Assembly (NCBI GenBank): GCA_965644495.1
Contig: CBFFSA010000009.1
Span: 186,001 to 250,000 of the forward strand
Origin: Perkinsela sp. CCAP 1560/9
Lineage: Eukaryota > Protista > Euglenozoa: Kinetoplastea
Length of the DNA stretch: 64,000 bases
Direction: 5' to 3'
Shown: positions 59,891-64,000 of the stretch, one piece after another
Layout: every line of letters starts with the position of its first letter
Position numbering within the stretch: the first letter of the stretch is position 1
Translations under genes and position numbers: made by a program
The notes under the pieces: generated by a model
Databases searched by the model: none
Told to the model about the DNA's origin: nothing
Seen by the model: the letters and a program-made list of their open reading frames with translations, nothing else

Positions 59891-60787
59891 TCAATGATTC
59901 TCGAGCTTTATCTGTGTGTTATATACGCACAAACCGTACTCTTGCACATGCTCAGGAAATGGCGATTTTGTTACGTTGCTACGCAAGTTCACATTATCTG
60001 ATAAATCCAAACCCCTCAATGAACATGGAAGCCCCGCCAAGTTGACATCACCAGAAAACATATTGCGCGACAAATCAAGGTGCCGAATCCCCGAAGGAAG
60101 TTGTCGGAGATCGAGTTCGCCGGACAACTGATTTCCAGAGAGATATACTTGACGTATGTTAGGCGGAAACAAAGTCAAATCAAGTGACCCGGTAAGACGA
60201 TTTCCGCTAAGGTTCACATTTTGCATATTGACCGGCAGACTCGTCAAACATACAGTTCCATTGAACCTGTTGTCATTCAAAGTCAAATCTTCGAAACAGT
60301 GCGGAAGGGAAGTCAAGTCCAACTCGCCTTCAAATCGATTTTCGTACAGAGTTAGTGATCGCAGTTCCGAAGGCAAGCGCGTGAGCGGCACCGCACCTTC
60401 CAGCGCGTTCTGACTCGCATTAAAATCGTACAGACTATGTGGGAGATGAATCAGGTTCATAGTGCCTGCCAAATGTAGTAGACCCCATTCTATGCGGGTG
60501 ACTTCTTCCCGCTCCAAACAAATCACACCTTCCCACTCACATGCTGGCGTGTGAAGACTCCACGATTCGTCCAAGTTGTGGACTTCCGCGAGGAGACGAA
60601 CAAGGTGATACTCTTGGGGTAAATTAGCAGCACTCACTTTGGCAATACGCGATCTCATATTTGTAATTTGTTCATCGGAATGGGTGTTCGAAGATACTGG
60701 AGTTTCGACTTTACGACGTTTAGTCGATGGCTCCTGAATATCCGAACATGTGAGCCGCACGATCGTCTGTAGCGTTAAGTGTGGCAT
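59891..60787 (-). CDS. Leucine-rich repeat protein, subfamily A
   Basis: EPSTKRRKV, CEWEGVIC cap, 7 LRRs. Confidence 0.93.
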   Translation of the reverse strand: MPHLTLQTIVRLTCSDIQEPSTKRRKVETPVSSNTHSDEQITNMRSRIAKVSAANLPQEYHLVRLLAEVHNLDESWSLHTPACEWEGVICLEREEVTRIEWGLLHLAGTMNLIHLPHSLYDFNASQNALEGAVPLTRLPSELRSLTLYENRFEGELDLTSLPHCFEDLTLNDNRFNGTVCLTSLPVNMQNVNLSGNRLTGSLDLTLFPPNIRQVYLSGNQLSGELDLRQLPSGIRHLDLSRNMFSGDVNLAGLPCSLRGLDLSDNVNLRSNVTKSPFPEHVQEYGLCVYNTQIKLENH

Positions 60788-60839
60788 GTAAAGTTAGAAT
60801 GTAAATTATTGTTTTTTAAAAAATTAAAAATAATTTTAC

Positions 60840-62200
60840 TACTTTTCGTGGAAAAGTGACGTATAACTAGGGGGGGTAGGGGTGTGACATATACCCCAAC
60901 TAGGGGTATGTGTATACACCCCCTGTATAACTAGGGGGGGTCTGTCACATAAAAAAGTCAGAGCATGTAATTACAGAAACGGCCCTATTTAATAGGGCTA
61001 CGCGTGCCCCCCCTTTGATAGGGCTATTTTGTCTTAAAGGCCAAAGATTTGTTTAGGGGGGGCATGTTTTTTTTATGAAATCCCCCGATGAAAGAAGCAG
61101 CGGCTTTTTTCCGGGGCATAGCTATCCGAGTGTAAAAAAGTGTATAAAAAAGCTGCAAGACCTTGTTTAGGAACTATAGAAAACTTCTCCTGAAAATTAT
61201 TGTCCTATGAATTCTCGGGAGGGTCTGGTGCCGCGTGGACCGTTAACTGGATCATTTCGCGAACTCCAGTGGCTCGTATATCACGTGTAGTCGGATCTTT
61301 TGCTTCCGGACAAGAACCTGGTATCTCGCTCTCCCAAAATTCTCTTTCAGCATGTCCCACTCCCCCTCCCTTTGTTCCCCCATCAACATACCGCAGAAAG
61401 AACTTGTCGGTGCAAGACAAGTTGTCCGTGTGTCGTTCTTCGTCTTCCGTATCAAAACTTGCGAAGTCGTATAAATATAGTTTATCATACATATAATATA
61501 TTATATTCCTTCTTCCTTTATATTATATTGTAAATATATAATATATATAATATATATAATTTATATCGTTTAAAATAAAGCGAGTCGGAGAAAAAGAATA
61601 TCAATCAAGAATAAATCATGGAGGTCGCGGCCGGAAGTGTGAGCGAGCTTTCAATAGCTCGCGACAAGATTCAATAACAAAGGTTCATGAATCCCTTCTC
61701 GGTCTGTTGAATGGTCATATCCTTATCACTCGAGATAGGGTGCTCCAGTTGATGAGTCATCATGGAACATTTCATGAAGGACTGGGTGAAAAAGCAAAAG
61801 AAAGAGCGTATAAGCACTATCGTTACGTGTTTTGATGGACTCAAGCATCAGATATTGGTCAACGTATAAGACGACAGTCGCATCATTTGTACTCGCAGCA
61901 CGATGTTCGTCAGTACAGCTCTGTTATTTTCGGAGATAAAAGTTTTGTCATGAGACTAGCGTTAGCGTCGACGGCGAACTGAAGGGGAAAACTTTAGCGC
62001 CAGTGGGCGTGATTTGAGTCAAAGTCGTTCGTACGAACGAAAAGCAAACAGTGACTATTTTTCTTGCCGCCTTATTTTCCGTCAAGGAAAAGGGGGTGTA
62101 TCCTCGTCGAATCCTGCAGAAATTCAATTCCTGAAAATTGATTCCTGAAAATTCGAGTTACTGAATTTAATGCACTTTAAAGATTCTTTTTTAGGTATTT
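60840..62200 (+). mobile_element. pogo-like DNA transposon remnant
   Basis: Paralog of 27190-28470 with an AT-rich replacement at 61470-61572. Confidence 0.65.
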
Positions 62201-62596
62201 TTCAGGGGTCTGAAAATCTACAAAATCTATAATTATAGTACTATATAGTATTATAATTTTTCAATTACTATGTATAAAAAAATAAATTTTTTTGATTGAT
62301 TTTCGTCGGGTTTGGACACGTTTCTCCTTCAAAAGAGAGTCCTTGTAACTTCTTTTTTCTCCCGTGGCGGAAGACGCACAAGCAAAAAACTGAAAACTAA
62401 GTTTTCTGCCGCGAAACATAAAAAGCTTGATTAAGCCTGTCATAAATTGACTTTGTACATGGTGTCTCTGGTGCTAAAAGAGAGCATCAAAACGTTTTTG
62501 ATCACTTTTTTCTGTTATAGATTTTTATAGATTTATAGTACTATGATGCTGCGGTTTACCCGTAGTGAACCGCAGTGATTCACTACGAGTAAACTC

Positions 62597-63812
62597 CAGG
62601 GTATGTACAAGTACATACCCTGGAGGAACATATTGGAAAACCGACTTAAGGAAGCCTTGCAGATGCCCTTTTATCTAAATGAAGAATTGAAATTTCCTTA
62701 GGAATTATTGAAGCAATGGATGCGAGCAAGAGCAGATCGCCAGAATCAAATTGATGATTCTGAAAAGCATTTTGAAGTTGGACAATTGACACTTGATCGT
62801 TTGCGCATTAAACTGGGATCCTTAAAAAGGCTCCGATACTAGCTACGTGCAATCTCATCATAATCCCATTACTATCTTTATACTTATAATGCTTATACTA
62901 CTTAGTATAATAAGCGGTAGTTAATTTTACTCGCTCTCGCAGACGCAGTGTCCGATTCACCGTGCACCTCTTCTCTGCAATTCGATGTGTTATTCTACAA
63001 AAATCCACCTGCCTGGCTCTCGCACAATGCATGATATTCAATATCATGTATTTTACCGTGTTGGCCACATGTTGTACAACTGTGCAATGATATAATTTGC
63101 GAGACGCAGCGTCCGTGTTCGCAAAGGACCTCATTAATACCTGAGTGGATTACATGTCTTGCGCTTAGCGACTGATACAAAGGAAGCACGGGAAATACTC
63201 TTCCTAAAAAGAATGAGACGCGCTGGCGGTCAGGGTATGAGCAGATTCGAGCTGCGCTCAAAGCAAGCAACTCCTCGGAAATAGCAGCTTCGTTAACAAT
63301 GTGAGACCAGGAGAATATGATGAAAATATTTTATTTACTTATTCCACTTCGTGCACTCGGCAATTTGTGTGAAACATCCGACACGACTGATCTTCAATGC
63401 GTGAATGGTTTCTTTACCATTTTCGAACAGTGGTATACTGCCACGGGAGGCAGCTCAAATCTTGCACAGTATCTTCGGATGCGTTATCACTAGCAGCTAT
63501 ACTCGGATTTTTGTACGCGGAATTTTCTACGGATAAAGCTATCAATCAGATGAAGCGTATTGTCGTTGAAGCGATGTTAGTATACTTCGGGATAAAGAGT
63601 AGGGTGCGACGACTTTTTGCAAATAATGGAACACGAGAGATTCTTGAAGCGGAATTCGATCTCATGTTGGACGATTATGCAACGTCAAGTTGTGAAAGAT
63701 TATTGGAAAAGCACTGGTTCTCAAAAATATAAACACATTCGAGTCTTCCGACAAACAACCAATCGGATCTACTCCGAAACGCATACGGAACGAGAGTTTG
63801 GGCACATGCTCC
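62597..63812 (+). pseudogene. Degenerate hAT-family transposase
   Basis: Paralog of 33955-35170; PCWPHVVQL, NETRWRSGY. Confidence 0.7.
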
Positions 63813-64000
63813 CATACCTAGTTGTTCAGTGAACCCTATTTCTTGGTTCATTGAACCCACTGAACCCACTGAACCCAAATATTTATCTACTCCTTCTCCA
63901 TGTAATATGTTTATTACTCCTATAAACGTTTGAATCCAACTTTTTATGCATAGTTTTTTTTATAGTATTTCTTCTGATTCCTATATCACTATACGCTTTT

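Noticed and set aside
8117-60413. Numerous plus-strand ORFs overlapping LRR and RT genes
   Set aside because: Antisense shadows of the real coding strand

Overview
Eukaryotic, transposon-dense 64-kb window built around a tandem array of intronless, co-oriented (all minus-strand) leucine-rich-repeat genes. There are 13 near-complete ORFs, one lacking an ATG, plus 3 fragments. Each has a W-x(6-8)-C-x-W-x-G-V-x-C cap and LDLTxLP-type 24-aa repeats. The array is organised as an irregular 14-17 kb higher-order repeat (LRR-A / pogo-like / hAT-like / LRR-B / IS30-like / LRR-C / CRE / tyrosine recombinase), overlaid by a near-identical ~6.53-kb tandem triplication. Most of the remainder is decayed or nested mobile DNA: an APE-RT-RNaseH non-LTR element with an 8-bp TSD and an 18-bp satellite at its 5' end, several CRE-clade retroelements, Tc1/mariner, pogo, hAT, Helentron-like non-autonomous elements, TA-flanked MITEs and tyrosine-recombinase fragments. 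The most unexpected item is a 1.0-kb IS30-family-like element with TIRs and a 3-bp TSD. The gene organisation and TE content suggest a protist, possibly a kinetoplastid/euglenozoan, but this is inference only. All family assignments come from motif recognition by eye; no database searches were run.
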